Source: Gemmatimonadales bacterium (GTDB taxonomy: Bacteria; Gemmatimonadota; Gemmatimonadetes; Gemmatimonadales; GWC2-71-9). From it: a DNA stretch of 64,000 nt. The stretch lies in NCBI GenBank assembly GCA_039794085.1, contig JBDIWC010000005.1, forward strand, positions 32,001 through 96,000, read 5' to 3'. The position numbers and the translations under genes were made by a program. Each line of letters begins with the position of its first letter. Within the stretch, counting starts at the first letter, position 1. Below are positions 9,728 through 19,623 of the stretch, one piece after another. A model generated the notes under the pieces. The model did not search any database, was not told the origin of the DNA, and saw only the letters and a program-made list of their open reading frames with translations.

Positions 9728-10027
9728 TCAGGTGGCTTGTTGTCCCGGAGTCCCGCCAAGGAGCCGCGTGATGCGGACACCAAAATGCTCTCCGATCACC
9801 ACGACCTCCCCCTCGGCCAGTTTCCGATCGCTCACGATGATATCGATCGGTTCTCCGACCATGCGATCCAGGCGGATCACCGATCCGATGCCCAGCTCGA
9901 GAACCTCCTGGATGGTCATGCTGGTGCGCCCGAACTCGATGGCGACGGGCAGGGGCACATCCATCAGGGCATCCATCGGAGCCGCCGCTCCCGACGCGAC
10001 GCCACTCCCAAGGTCATCCAGATTCAT
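9728..10027 (-). CDS. fliN: Motor switch protein FliN
   Basis: SpoA domain LMDVPLPVAIEFGRT...AEGEVVVIGEHFGVRIT. Confidence 0.95.
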   Translation of the reverse strand: MNLDDLGSGVASGAAAPMDALMDVPLPVAIEFGRTSMTIQEVLELGIGSVIRLDRMVGEPIDIIVSDRKLAEGEVVVIGEHFGVRITRLLGGTPGQQAT

Positions 10028-11025
10028 TCCACGATCCTTCCCGTTGGGGCCCGGGCCGCAGAATCCTTGCCGGGGGGCAGGTGACGCGTCACGGCGACGC
10101 TGATGAGGCCGGCGCTTCGTCCGAGCTGGCCGAGAAAGCGGGGCTGGCCGTTGAGGTGGACGTGCACCGGTGTGTCCAGGGATCGCCCCGTGTGCAGGAT
10201 CTGGCCGACGGCCAGGCGGGCCGCGTCACGGCCTCGCAGCCGCAGGGGGGGGAACCGGACCGAGACGGGCATCTGGGCGGCGAGGAGGGAGTCCTCGATC
10301 TGCCCGCGCTCCGCCATCCGATCCGCCGGGTGGCTCCGGGCGGGGAGAATCGAGCGACCCTTTTCCTGCAGGAAACCCTCGAGGGCTGCCAACGGTAAAC
10401 ACAACGTCAGAAAACCTGTCATTGGTCCGATCCGGATCTCCAGGTTCCCCACGACCACGTTGTCCTCGCGACTGACGATCTGCAGAGTCTCGGGTACCGA
10501 CTCGAACGCATCGAGAGAGGGATCCAGCGCCAGGAGTTCTCCCCAGGCATCGCGATAGACCCCAAGGATCCGTTCCACCATCCCTCCGATGACCGCCTGC
10601 TCCAGTGCTGTGAGGGGGCGTTCGGAGGTGCTCGCCTCGCCCGATCCGCCGAACAGGCGATCCAGCATCTGGAACGCGAGCTGCGTCCCAACGTCCATTA
10701 CCCCCTGGCCGGAGGTGCGATCTCCCAGGTTGAAGACGTAGGCGGTGCAGGGGGTCATGAGGGAGAGAAGGAATTCGGCGAACGTGGCCTGCTCGACGCT
10801 GGTGACGGCCACGTCCACCGGGGTGCGAAGCCGGGAGGAGAGCAGGGACTGGATGCCCAGGCCGAACCGGGCGTGGATCGCCTCCAGGGTGGCCCGGCGG
10901 TCCTTCGAGATGCGTGGCGGGCGGAGGAAATTGTAGGGAATGATGTCCGGAACCCTCGCCGCGGGTTTGGCGGGGGCGGCTCCGGTCAGGAGCGAGTCGA
11001 TGTCCTTCTGGCTCAGGGCGCTCAT
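10024..11025 (-). CDS. fliM: Motor switch protein FliM
   Basis: N-terminal CheY-binding peptide LSQKDIDSLL, YNFLRPPRISKD, C-terminal SpoA-like domain. Confidence 0.93.
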   Translation of the reverse strand: MSALSQKDIDSLLTGAAPAKPAARVPDIIPYNFLRPPRISKDRRATLEAIHARFGLGIQSLLSSRLRTPVDVAVTSVEQATFAEFLLSLMTPCTAYVFNLGDRTSGQGVMDVGTQLAFQMLDRLFGGSGEASTSERPLTALEQAVIGGMVERILGVYRDAWGELLALDPSLDAFESVPETLQIVSREDNVVVGNLEIRIGPMTGFLTLCLPLAALEGFLQEKGRSILPARSHPADRMAERGQIEDSLLAAQMPVSVRFPPLRLRGRDAARLAVGQILHTGRSLDTPVHVHLNGQPRFLGQLGRSAGLISVAVTRHLPPGKDSAARAPTGRIVE

Positions 11026-11033
11026 CGGGCGAT

Positions 11034-11552
11034 CTATTGGATGACGAACTGGGGGAGGTAGACCTGGAGCTTCGCCTCCGGCCCGGCCAAGGGGGTCAGG
11101 ACCTCGACCAACCGGTGTCGCAGGCGGTCCCGCGCACCCGGGGCCATCAGGGTGTCGAGCGACATGCTCTCCAGCAGCACACCGATCGCGTCCCGTGCGG
11201 GGATTTCCTGTTCGCGAAGATGCGCAACATTCTTGGGATTGGCGGCGGCGATGCCCACCGTGACCATGAGAAAACGGGTACCCATCGACCCCGCGGGGTT
11301 GATGATCAGGTTGCTGATGGTGTACACCTCTCCGGAGGCGCCGGCGGGACTGTGTCCCCCCGAAGATTCCTCCTCCTCGTGCGCCGCGGAGGGATCGGAC
11401 GGGGCCAGCCGCGGAGAGAGAACGAATCGGCCCAGTCCGCCGCCCGCGACGACCGCTCCGAGACCCACCAGGGCAAGGGTACGTCCGGTGGAGGCCTTGG
11501 GAGAGGAAGCGGTCGGCTCTCCCGTCGCCGTGGTGTCCGTCGTGTCGCTCAT
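11034..11552 (-). CDS. fliL: Flagellar basal body-associated protein FliL
   Basis: Single TM, NLIINPAGS..RFL, RDAI, VYLPQFVIQ C-terminus. Confidence 0.92.
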   Translation of the reverse strand: MSDTTDTTATGEPTASSPKASTGRTLALVGLGAVVAGGGLGRFVLSPRLAPSDPSAAHEEEESSGGHSPAGASGEVYTISNLIINPAGSMGTRFLMVTVGIAAANPKNVAHLREQEIPARDAIGVLLESMSLDTLMAPGARDRLRHRLVEVLTPLAGPEAKLQVYLPQFVIQ

Positions 11553-11603
11553 GAAACTCCGGGGGAAAAGGTTGCCGCGGTGTTTTCGTCTCCCTCCTCT
11601 CAA

Positions 11604-11619
11604 GGCAACTGGTGTACCA
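11604..11619 (-). promoter_or_regulatory. sigma54 -24/-12 promoter for the fliL operon
   Basis: Minus strand TGGTACACCAGTTGCC (GG-N10-GC) in the flgE-fliL gap. Confidence 0.8.
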
Positions 11620-11717
11620 CACCCGGCGGATTTGGAGGTGCCGGGCCAACTGCTTGCGGAACAGCGACTTCGCGTGATCGGCCCCGGGTCCGCAGGCTTC
11701 GGGCTGGCGCCCCTTGC

Positions 11718-11755
11718 CCGGCAGGGCTTGCCGGTCGGCCGACGACCGTTGCCGA
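11718..11755. promoter_or_regulatory. Tandem putative enhancer sites
   Basis: Perfect palindrome CCGGCA-GGGCT-TGCCGG (11718-11734) plus CCGACG-ACCGT-TGCCGA (11739-11755), about 100 bp upstream of the -24 box. Confidence 0.55.
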
Positions 11756-11832
11756 CCGGTACGACGAGGCCCCGGCCTCCGCGCCAAGGGCGCGAACACC
11801 GGGGCTGGCTCCCCTGCGGATGAGGGGGGAAC

Positions 11833-13089
11833 TTACCGGCGCAGGTTAACCAGTTCGTTGAGCATTTCGTCCGCAGTGGTGATGACCCGGGCGTTGGCCT
11901 GGAAACCGCGCTGGGTCACGATCATGTTGGTAAACTCCGACGAGAGGTCCACGTTTGAGTTTTCCAGGGCACCGGGGGTGAGGGTGGACGTGTTGCTCGT
12001 TCCGGCGAATCCGAGAACGGCCAGCCCCGAGTTGGCGGATTCCCCGAACATGTTGTCACCCTGCCGCAGCAGGCCGGAGGGGTTGTTGAAGTTGGCCAGC
12101 GCGATCTGGGCCAGAGCCTGGCTCACACCGTTGGTGAAGAATCCGGTGATCACTCCGTTCGTGTCGAGGCTGATGTCGGTCAGGTCACCCGAGGGGAAGC
12201 CATCCTGGCTGGACACGACCGCGTTGGAGGGGTTGGCGAACCCCGCGAGCCCGTCAATGTCATTGATCGTTCCCGCGCCCAGCGTGACGTTGAAGGGTGA
12301 CCCGCCGCCGCCGCTGGGGGTCACCGTCAGGTCGGTCGCGGCTCCCGGAAGCACGAAGGTGGCCATGCTGCCGTTGGAGTTGAAGGTGACGGTGCCGGAA
12401 CCGGCCGGAGTGATTGTGGCAGTCGGCGAGGTCACGTCCCAGTCCCACGCGCCGGGGCCGGTGTTGGTGAACATAATCTCCAGGTTGTGGGGAGCGCCGG
12501 CGCCGTCGAAGACCACCACCCCCATCGCGTGGGTGTCGCCGACCTGGGCACCGAGATTGAGGTTGCCCGTGAGGCTGATCTGAGTGGTGGCCCGGGCGGG
12601 AGACTTCTGCCCCAGGGGGAGTACGATGTCGGTCACCGTGGAACTGTTGGAAAAGGTGCCGGAACTGTCGGCCACGATTCCCTGGACCACGTACCCGTTG
12701 TTGGGGGCGATCAACCGCCCACCGGCATCGAGCTGGAAGTTGCCCGCCCGGGTGTAGAACCGCTGGAATCCATTGCTCACGACGAAGAACGCGCTGCCCT
12801 GGATTGCGAGATCCGTCGTTTCCCCGGTGGATTCGAGCGTGCCCTGGGAAAAGAGCTGGTCGATGCTGCTCACGCTCATTCCCGACCCGACCTGGATCGG
12901 ATTGATGCCCCCCAGGTTGCCCGGGGGACGAGAGGCCCCCTGCAGGAGCTGGGAAAAGGCTTCCTTGAAGGTGACCCGGGATGCCTTGAAGGCCACGGTG
13001 TTGACGTTGGAAATGTTGTTGCCGATGACGTCCATCCGGGTCTGGTGATTGCGAAGACCGGAGACACCGGCGAAGAGAGCGCGCATCAT
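11833..13089 (-). CDS. flgE: Flagellar hook protein FlgE
   Basis: MMRALFAGVSGLRNHQTRMDVIGNNISNVNT; LENSNVDLSSEFTNMIVTQRGFQANARVITT. Confidence 0.96.
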   Translation of the reverse strand: MMRALFAGVSGLRNHQTRMDVIGNNISNVNTVAFKASRVTFKEAFSQLLQGASRPPGNLGGINPIQVGSGMSVSSIDQLFSQGTLESTGETTDLAIQGSAFFVVSNGFQRFYTRAGNFQLDAGGRLIAPNNGYVVQGIVADSSGTFSNSSTVTDIVLPLGQKSPARATTQISLTGNLNLGAQVGDTHAMGVVVFDGAGAPHNLEIMFTNTGPGAWDWDVTSPTATITPAGSGTVTFNSNGSMATFVLPGAATDLTVTPSGGGGSPFNVTLGAGTINDIDGLAGFANPSNAVVSSQDGFPSGDLTDISLDTNGVITGFFTNGVSQALAQIALANFNNPSGLLRQGDNMFGESANSGLAVLGFAGTSNTSTLTPGALENSNVDLSSEFTNMIVTQRGFQANARVITTADEMLNELVNLRR

Positions 13090-13141
13090 GAGTGGATCCT
13101 CGGTGAGGGAAGATGGACCGATGGGACAGGGGAGGAGAGGA

Positions 13142-13792
13142 TCATGACTGGACCTCGGTCAGGTCCGCCAGAGGGACCGTGAGAGAGCCGATCTGGAGCA
13201 TGACACCGCCGTCCTCCAAGTGGAATCCGGTCACGGTGCCGGCGGTGAATGGGGTCACCGCGATGTCGCCGTCGTTCGGACCTGTCACCGTCACACTGTA
13301 GCGGTAGGCCCCGGGAGGAACGGAGGCCGTGAGCTCGATGGCCTGACGTCCGGGACCTACCGGGACCTGGTGGGTGGCCAAGGCAGACCCCTGCGCGTCG
13401 AGGATGGTGATCCGTGCCGCGCCGCCCCCGGCTCCGACCTCCAGGCCGATCCGGGCACGACCATCCGGTCCGACCTCGAGCTGGTCCCCCCGGGCGACGA
13501 TGCTCTTCCCCAGCAGCGACGCCGCGAGCGTCGATTCCGAGGTGAGCCCCGCGAGGCCCGCGGCTCCCGCCTGGGCCGCCAGGCCCTCGCGAACTCCGAT
13601 GAGTTGCTCCAGGCTCGAGAACTGGGCGAGCTGGGTGATGAAATCGGTTCCCTCCAGGGGACTCAACGGGTCCTGGTTCTTGAGCTGCGCCACCAGCAGT
13701 TCGAGAAACTGCTGCGTGGAGGTCTCGACATTGCCAATCCGGGGGGGGGGGGGCGACGAGACTCCGCCGGCCACCGGGAGTGTGCTGATCAT
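13142..13792 (-). CDS. flgD: Hook capping protein FlgD
   Basis: FLELLVAQLKNQDPLSP...FITQLAQFSSLEQ. Confidence 0.95.
   Translation of the reverse strand: MISTLPVAGGVSSPPPPRIGNVETSTQQFLELLVAQLKNQDPLSPLEGTDFITQLAQFSSLEQLIGVREGLAAQAGAAGLAGLTSESTLAASLLGKSIVARGDQLEVGPDGRARIGLEVGAGGGAARITILDAQGSALATHQVPVGPGRQAIELTASVPPGAYRYSVTVTGPNDGDIAVTPFTAGTVTGFHLEDGGVMLQIGSLTVPLADLTEVQS
13741..13753. repeat. G13/C13 homopolymer in the 5' end of flgD
   Basis: 13 consecutive G on the + strand, encoding PPPP on the - strand. Confidence 0.9.
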
Positions 13793-13801
13793 GCGGTCTG
13801 C

Positions 13802-15730
13802 CTACCTCTCTCGCTCACGGGGGGAGCGTTGGTGAGATCGTCCCTGACTGGGGGAACCCTCGTCATCCTGACGGCGGGAGTGCTGCGGGCGATCCTGCGG
13901 GGAATCCGTGGTGCGACGACTCTCGGGGGCCAGGCCGTACGGCGGCCGATCTCCCGGTATGACATGCTGAACCATCACCTGAACATCCCGGAATCCCTGG
14001 CGTTCGAGTGCCTGGTGGAGGGCGGTGGTCTCCCGGGTTCCGACCGGGACCTGCGGGGGACCGCGATCGATGATCGTGGCCTCCACCCGGTCGCCGCGCA
14101 CGAGAACCCGGATCGTGACGGCGGTCCCATCGTCCTGCCGGAGGGTCAGGGCCATCTGATCGCCCGGGGAGGCCTGGCGTGGGGAGGCATCGGGATTCGG
14201 CGCTCCGGGCCGCAGTCCGGGAAAAAGACTTGCATCAGACGGACCGCCATCGAGATGTGCTGCCGCGAGGGAGGGGAGCGGAACTCCCGAGCCGGGCGAG
14301 TGCTCGATCGGACCGGGGGGCTCGGTGACCCCCTGTGGGGCGTCCGGGGACGCGGAGAACTCCGCACCGGCGCCCATCGCCGAAGCCACCAGAGGGGATG
14401 AGGTGCGAGGTCGCGCGGAGGCGGCCGGAGTCATGCCCCCCCCGCGGGGCGACGAGGATCCCTCCCACCAAGCCGTGACCACCGCACGGGCCGAGGAGAG
14501 ACCGAGGTCCGCGACCGGCCGCAGATTCAGGTGCGGGGTGTCCCGGAGGGTGAACTCGGTGGAACGTGTCCGTCCCTCAGGCTTGGCTTCGGGGATCCGG
14601 AGCGCCTGGTCCCCGCCGGAGCCTGGGTGAGGAGGGCGGCTCCCCGGGAGCGCGTCGACAGCGAGCCCCTGCTCCTCCGTCGCCGGTGCCGAGCGGATCA
14701 GGGTGGCGGGCTCGCGACCGAGCTGTAACAGTCTGTTGGCGTCTGGACGGACCGGTGGCATCATGTGCTTCCCGTCCCGCAGGGGCTTGCCCGGGGAGGT
14801 TGGGCCGGACACGGTCTCCCGGAAAGAAGGAGGAAGAACCATGCCCGCTGCCTCCCCGCTGCGAACTGCCGGGTCGGAGGAGTGCGGAACACTCTCACCC
14901 CCGAGCGGGGCCGCACCCTCCTCGGGGGAGAGGGAGGCCTCTGATCCCTCGGTCGTTCCGTTCTCCAGGGGGAGGGAAGCTGACGCTGCGAACTCCCGGA
15001 TCCTGCGGGCCGGTTCGGTCAGCTCTCGGGTCGCGCGAGTGAGAATGACGGGTCTGCCGGGCTCCGCGCGGATCGGCGCATCGGGCTGGGGCCCCGCGCC
15101 GGGGCCCGTCCTCCGACTCGGGGGAAGGTGTTCTACCACCCTGGGTGTCTGTTCCACCGCTGCCGGAGCGAGGGCGTGCTCCCACGGCGGGCCGAAGGGA
15201 CCGGGGGGGCGCTCCGGCGCCGGGCCGGCCGGTGGGAGGCCGGTGAATCGGGGACCGACCATTGGAGGCGCTCTGTCCGGTGTCCCGGTTCCGTTCCCGC
15301 CCTCGGTCGCCGTGTCTGCAACCGGCGGTGACGAGGCGACGGGAGGAGATTCGGGACGAACCGGTCTCGGAACCAGGGGCCCGGGCTCCTCCCGCGGCCC
15401 GCGACCGGAAGTCGGCGCCCGGGTGGTCGTCTCGGTTTCGTGGCTGGTCTCGGGTTGGGGCTCGATGGTGGCGTCGGCGCCGGTCGGGATGTTGTCCGGC
15501 AAAAGGGGAACATCATTCATGCCCGAGCCTTCCCCCGAGGCGGACTGGGCCTGGACGGGGGCGGCGGCCGGTGCGCCCGGCGACCCCACAGTTCCTCCCA
15601 CGACCGCGTGGACCGCGCGGTGCATGGCCTCGGCGAAATCTTCCTCTTCGGCAGCTTGGGCCGGAGTCGGACTGCGGAGCGCGGGAACTGCGGGAACGGG
15701 GACGATGGCGGGGATGGTCACGGTGTGCAC
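13802..15730 (-). CDS. fliK: Probable hook-length control protein FliK
   Basis: Long Pro/Ala-rich protein directly upstream of flgD; C-terminal VTIRVLVRGDRVEATI...LHQALERQGF resembles the FliK C-domain. Call rests mainly on position. Confidence 0.7.
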   Translation of the reverse strand: MHTVTIPAIVPVPAVPALRSPTPAQAAEEEDFAEAMHRAVHAVVGGTVGSPGAPAAAPVQAQSASGEGSGMNDVPLLPDNIPTGADATIEPQPETSHETETTTRAPTSGRGPREEPGPLVPRPVRPESPPVASSPPVADTATEGGNGTGTPDRAPPMVGPRFTGLPPAGPAPERPPGPFGPPWEHALAPAAVEQTPRVVEHLPPSRRTGPGAGPQPDAPIRAEPGRPVILTRATRELTEPARRIREFAASASLPLENGTTEGSEASLSPEEGAAPLGGESVPHSSDPAVRSGEAAGMVLPPSFRETVSGPTSPGKPLRDGKHMMPPVRPDANRLLQLGREPATLIRSAPATEEQGLAVDALPGSRPPHPGSGGDQALRIPEAKPEGRTRSTEFTLRDTPHLNLRPVADLGLSSARAVVTAWWEGSSSPRGGGMTPAASARPRTSSPLVASAMGAGAEFSASPDAPQGVTEPPGPIEHSPGSGVPLPSLAAAHLDGGPSDASLFPGLRPGAPNPDASPRQASPGDQMALTLRQDDGTAVTIRVLVRGDRVEATIIDRGPPQVPVGTRETTALHQALERQGFRDVQVMVQHVIPGDRPPYGLAPESRRTTDSPQDRPQHSRRQDDEGSPSQGRSHQRSPRERER

Positions 15731-16239
15731 CCCTGTGCCCCTCGGCGGAGTGCGGAGCGGGTGAGGGTTGCCGCCCGTTCCGCGGGGATCTGTTCCAAGA
15801 GCGCCGCTGCCTGGCGGACCCCGAGATGACAGAGGATCCGGTCCACTTCCTCATCCCCCAGAAACGTCAGAATGCCCGCGGCGTCTGCTGGCTTCATCTG
15901 AGCCAGGATCCGGCCCACCTGCTTCTCTGGCGGGTCCTGAACAACCGTTGTGGCCGGCGCATCCGAGGCCGGAATGGTCGCCCCGGTCTGGGTAGGGGGC
16001 GCCGAGGCCGACTCGGACGCCAGTGGATGATCGGGGGCAGGTTCAAGGGTGTCCGCCGCCGAATCCGTTGGCGCGAGGTCTTCTCCTGGTGCGGGGTCCT
16101 CGGCCGGTGCGTGCGCGCTGTCTGCGGAGATACCGGAAACCGCCTCGGCGGGATTGGCCGGTGTTTGTTGCATTCCCAGATAGGTTGAGAGCCCCAGCGC
16201 AAGTAGAAAAGACCCCCCGCCGACGACGATGAGTTTCAT
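15718..16239 (-). CDS. MotE/MgtE-N-like flagellar protein
   Basis: N-terminal TM, low-complexity linker, helical repeats ILAQMKPADAAGIL...RQAAALLEQIPAERAA; follows fliJ. Confidence 0.7.
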   Translation of the reverse strand: MKLIVVGGGSFLLALGLSTYLGMQQTPANPAEAVSGISADSAHAPAEDPAPGEDLAPTDSAADTLEPAPDHPLASESASAPPTQTGATIPASDAPATTVVQDPPEKQVGRILAQMKPADAAGILTFLGDEEVDRILCHLGVRQAAALLEQIPAERAATLTRSALRRGAQGCTP

Positions 16240-16685
16240 GGGTGCCTCGCTCCTGTGGGTCGATGCCGTGCAGACTCATCGAGGGATCGCTGTTCCAGAC
16301 GACGGTCTTCCACGGTCCACGCCTTGTGGGCCGTTTCCCTCAGTCGTTCCAGGGAGCGCCGGTCCACCCGAGCGGCATCGAACGAGACCTGCTTCTCCTG
16401 CCGGATGCGCTCGGCCTCCCGGACCTGCTCCTGTTGGGCCTCCGCGGACTGGAGGGCGGCGTCCAGCACCAGCCCGTAGTTGCGGATCATTCCCACGACC
16501 GTCTCGGTGCTGGCGAGCCGGGAGGTTTCCCGCTGGAGCTCCTCGTAGCGGAGCCGGAGATGGTCCAGCGATTCGCGCTCGGCGTCCTCGCGACGGCGGG
16601 CCATCTGCAGGTCGACAGCCTGCTCCTGTTCGAGTGCGTGGCGCAGGCCGAGAAGCCGGTCCAGGCGAAAGGCGAATCGAGTCAT
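16236..16685 (-). CDS. fliJ: Flagellar export protein FliJ
   Basis: MTRFAFRLDRLLGLR N-terminus, coiled coil, EQRSLDE C-terminus; follows fliI. Confidence 0.88.
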   Translation of the reverse strand: MTRFAFRLDRLLGLRHALEQEQAVDLQMARRREDAERESLDHLRLRYEELQRETSRLASTETVVGMIRNYGLVLDAALQSAEAQQEQVREAERIRQEKQVSFDAARVDRRSLERLRETAHKAWTVEDRRLEQRSLDESARHRPTGARHP

Positions 16686-18022
16686 GAGGGTGTCCGTCTG
16701 AGGGGGGCGGCCAGGGCTTGGAGGCGGGCCTGCGTATCGGCGAAGCTGGCCCATTCATCGGGGTGCTGTTGCAGGAAGGCGAGCAAATCTTCGCGCATGG
16801 TCAGGGCTGCGTCCACCTTTGGATTGGCCCCGGGCTTGTAGGCTCCGACGGCAATCAGGTCCTCATGGGCCCGATAGGCCGCCTCGAGTTGGAGAACGGC
16901 GTTGGCCGCGTCCCGGCTCGTGGCCGCAATCACGGCGTCGCGCACCCGGCTCACGCTCTCCAGGATGTCGATCGCGGGGAAATGCTTTCCCGCGGCGAGC
17001 CGCCGGGCCAACACGATGTGCCCGTCGAGGATCGACCGGGTGGCGTCCGCGACCGGTTCGGAGAAGTCATCGCCTTCGACCAGGACAGTGTACAAGGCGG
17101 TGATGCCGCCCACGACTCCGGGACCCGCCCGTTCCAGCAGCCGGGGCAGGTGGGCGAAGACGGAGGGGGGGTAGCCCTTGGTCGTGGGGGGTTCTCCCGC
17201 GGCGAGACCAATCTCCCGCCACGCCATGGCAACCCGGGTGATGGAATCCACCATCAGAAGCACCTGCCGACCCTGGTCGCGGAAGTATTCGGCGATCCCC
17301 GTGGCGACCAGCGCTCCGGTGGCCCGGACCACGGCCGGTTGGTCGCTCGTGGCCACCACCAGGACCGAGCGCTCCAGGCCTTCGGGACCCAGGTCGGACT
17401 CGATGAACTCCCGGACCTCACGGCCCCGTTCCCCGAGGAGTGCGATCACGTTGACGTCGGCGGTGGTTCGCCGGGCGATCATCCCGAGGAGAACACTCTT
17501 TCCGACTCCGCTTCCCGCCATGATGCCGATGCGCTGGCCCTGGCCCAGGGTGAGGAGGCCGTCAATGGCACGCACTCCGGTGCCCAGGGGCGCCGAGATC
17601 CGGGCGCGCTCGAGGGGGTTGGGAGGAGCGGCGTTGAGGGGACGGCGCACGGCGTGGGGCACGGGGCCGCCCCCGTCGAGCGGGTGTCCGAGGCCATCGA
17701 GGATGCGACCGACGAGGCCGGGCCCCACTGACACGTAGAGCGAACGCCCCAGCGGACGGACGGCGGCCCCGGGCTGGATTCCCTCCACCTCCCCCATGGG
17801 CATCAGGGACACGCCGCGTTGGTTGAAACCCACCACGAGCGCGAGAAGTGAGTCACTCCCGGCGACCACGCGGCAGACCTCCCCGACACTGACTTCCAGT
17901 GGCGACGCTTCCACGATCTGGCCCACGACGCGGGTGACCCGGCTCTGGACGATGAAGCGCGGGGAGCCCTCGAGCCTGTCGAGAGCCTGGGACAGGAGGG
18001 CGGAGCCGGCGGATTCAGACAT
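16682..18022 (-). CDS. fliI: Flagellar export ATPase FliI
   Basis: AGSGVGKS Walker A, GERGREVREF, DSITRVAMA, GEPPTTKGYPPS. Confidence 0.96.
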   Translation of the reverse strand: MSESAGSALLSQALDRLEGSPRFIVQSRVTRVVGQIVEASPLEVSVGEVCRVVAGSDSLLALVVGFNQRGVSLMPMGEVEGIQPGAAVRPLGRSLYVSVGPGLVGRILDGLGHPLDGGGPVPHAVRRPLNAAPPNPLERARISAPLGTGVRAIDGLLTLGQGQRIGIMAGSGVGKSVLLGMIARRTTADVNVIALLGERGREVREFIESDLGPEGLERSVLVVATSDQPAVVRATGALVATGIAEYFRDQGRQVLLMVDSITRVAMAWREIGLAAGEPPTTKGYPPSVFAHLPRLLERAGPGVVGGITALYTVLVEGDDFSEPVADATRSILDGHIVLARRLAAGKHFPAIDILESVSRVRDAVIAATSRDAANAVLQLEAAYRAHEDLIAVGAYKPGANPKVDAALTMREDLLAFLQQHPDEWASFADTQARLQALAAPLRRTPS

Positions 18023-18623
18023 GGCGCATCCGATCGAAGAGGGCCACCAGCGATTCGTCGAGGCGACCATCGATGAGCCGGTGCGGGGTCTCGACCCGGC
18101 AGCCGCCACGCTCGGTCGCGGGGTCCGCGACCCAATCGATCGCATGCCCGCCAGACGAAAACGTCTGGCGCCACGAGGCCAGAGCCACGAGATCGTCGGG
18201 GTGCAGGTGCAGTCGGATGGTGGTAGGAGACGGGGCGAGTTCCACGGCACGGGTCACCAGGGCCCGCAGGATGTCCGGGTCGGCCTCCACCTCGCGCAGC
18301 ACCAGGTGCCGGGCGATGGCCAAGCTGAGCGCATGCAGATGATCGCTAAAATCTCGCGTGAGATCATCGCGCGCCTCGGTCAGGGCCGCGGTGGCGGTCT
18401 CCAGAAGAGCGAGAGCCGCCCGTACCCGGCGGTCCCCCTCGGCCCGGGCGGCCTCCTCTCCCTCGGCCCACCCCCGGGCGTAGGCCGTCGCGTCAGGGTC
18501 CGGTGGGGACGGGGGGGTGGAGGAGTCTCCTCCGCGGGCGCGAGTGAGCTCCGGCAACGGCCAGATTGTGATGCGTCCCGTAGACGCGGGCGGAGCACCC
18601 ACGTCAGGAAATGAAGTCGTCAT
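18015..18623 (-). CDS. fliH: Flagellar assembly protein FliH
   Basis: AYARGWAEG repeat, LHPDDL, ERGGCRVET; between fliG and fliI. Confidence 0.85.
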   Translation of the reverse strand: MTTSFPDVGAPPASTGRITIWPLPELTRARGGDSSTPPSPPDPDATAYARGWAEGEEAARAEGDRRVRAALALLETATAALTEARDDLTRDFSDHLHALSLAIARHLVLREVEADPDILRALVTRAVELAPSPTTIRLHLHPDDLVALASWRQTFSSGGHAIDWVADPATERGGCRVETPHRLIDGRLDESLVALFDRMRHV

Positions 18624-19623
18624 CGGCTGCCCGGCCAGCGATGATCAGCTCGCCCGCCTCCTCCAGCTTGCGCAAGGTTTCGATGATTCGCATGTGGGTC
18701 GCTTCCACATCGCGAACCCGCACCGGCCCCATGAACTCAATCTCCTCCCGCAGGGATTCCGCGGCGCGCTCCGACATGTTGGACATTACCTTGGTCTTCA
18801 CCCCCTCACTGGCGGCCTTGAGGGCCATGGCCAGCTCCTTGCTGTCCACATCACGCAGAAGGCGCTGCATCGCCTTGTTGTCCAGGAGGGTGAGATCCTC
18901 GAACGTGAACATCAGGTTCTTGATCTGGGCTGCCAGGTCACCGTTACGGCCGGCCACCACATCCAACAAGGTCTTCTCCAGGGAACTCGGCGTGAAATTC
19001 AACACCTTGGCCACGGCGGCCGGCCCTCCGGTCTGGGTGAGTTCCTGGGACAACGACAGGTCAGTCTCGGCGCCCAGCCCGGCCTCGACCAGCTGCAGCA
19101 TCTCCGGAGACACCTTCTCCATCCGGCCCACCCGGTAGAGCACGTCCCCCGCCATCACCGGGTCCATGGCTTCGATCAAGCCGGCCGCCTGGCGGGCATC
19201 GAGATGGGCCAGGATGAGCGCGATGGTCTGGGGGTGCTCTCCGCGAAGCACGGTGAACAAGACCTCGGGGGGCGCCTTCTTGAGACGCGTCAATCCCGTC
19301 TCCGTGATCTGGGTCTGGATCCGTTCCAGCACGGAGCGGGCCTTGTTGGGACCGAGTGCCTGTTCGAGGATATCGCGCGCGATCTCGATTCCTCCCATGG
19401 CGATCTGCTCCACAGCCCGGACCACATCGCGGTACTCGTGAAGGACCTGGTCCACCACCTCCGGTTGCACCCGGTCCGTGGACGCGATCTCCCGGGACAC
19501 CCGTTCCATGTCGGTGGGGCCGAGCGCCTGCATGATCCGGGCGGATACCTCGGTGCCCAGTGCCATGCACAGCACGGCGCTCTTCTTCGCACCCGAGAGT
19601 GAGGTGTCCCGCCCGCGGGTCAC
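18604..19623 (-). CDS. fliG: Motor switch protein FliG
   Basis: SGAKKSAVL, EHPQTIALIL, MFTFEDL, MSERAA, GPVRVRDVE. Confidence 0.96.
   Translation of the reverse strand: MTRGRDTSLSGAKKSAVLCMALGTEVSARIMQALGPTDMERVSREIASTDRVQPEVVDQVLHEYRDVVRAVEQIAMGGIEIARDILEQALGPNKARSVLERIQTQITETGLTRLKKAPPEVLFTVLRGEHPQTIALILAHLDARQAAGLIEAMDPVMAGDVLYRVGRMEKVSPEMLQLVEAGLGAETDLSLSQELTQTGGPAAVAKVLNFTPSSLEKTLLDVVAGRNGDLAAQIKNLMFTFEDLTLLDNKAMQRLLRDVDSKELAMALKAASEGVKTKVMSNMSERAAESLREEIEFMGPVRVRDVEATHMRIIETLRKLEEAGELIIAGRAADDDFIS

Noticed and set aside
10024..11799. 591-aa FliM with a long N-terminal extension
   Set aside because: The extension overlaps fliL in another frame; the canonical LSQxxID N-terminus starts at 11025.
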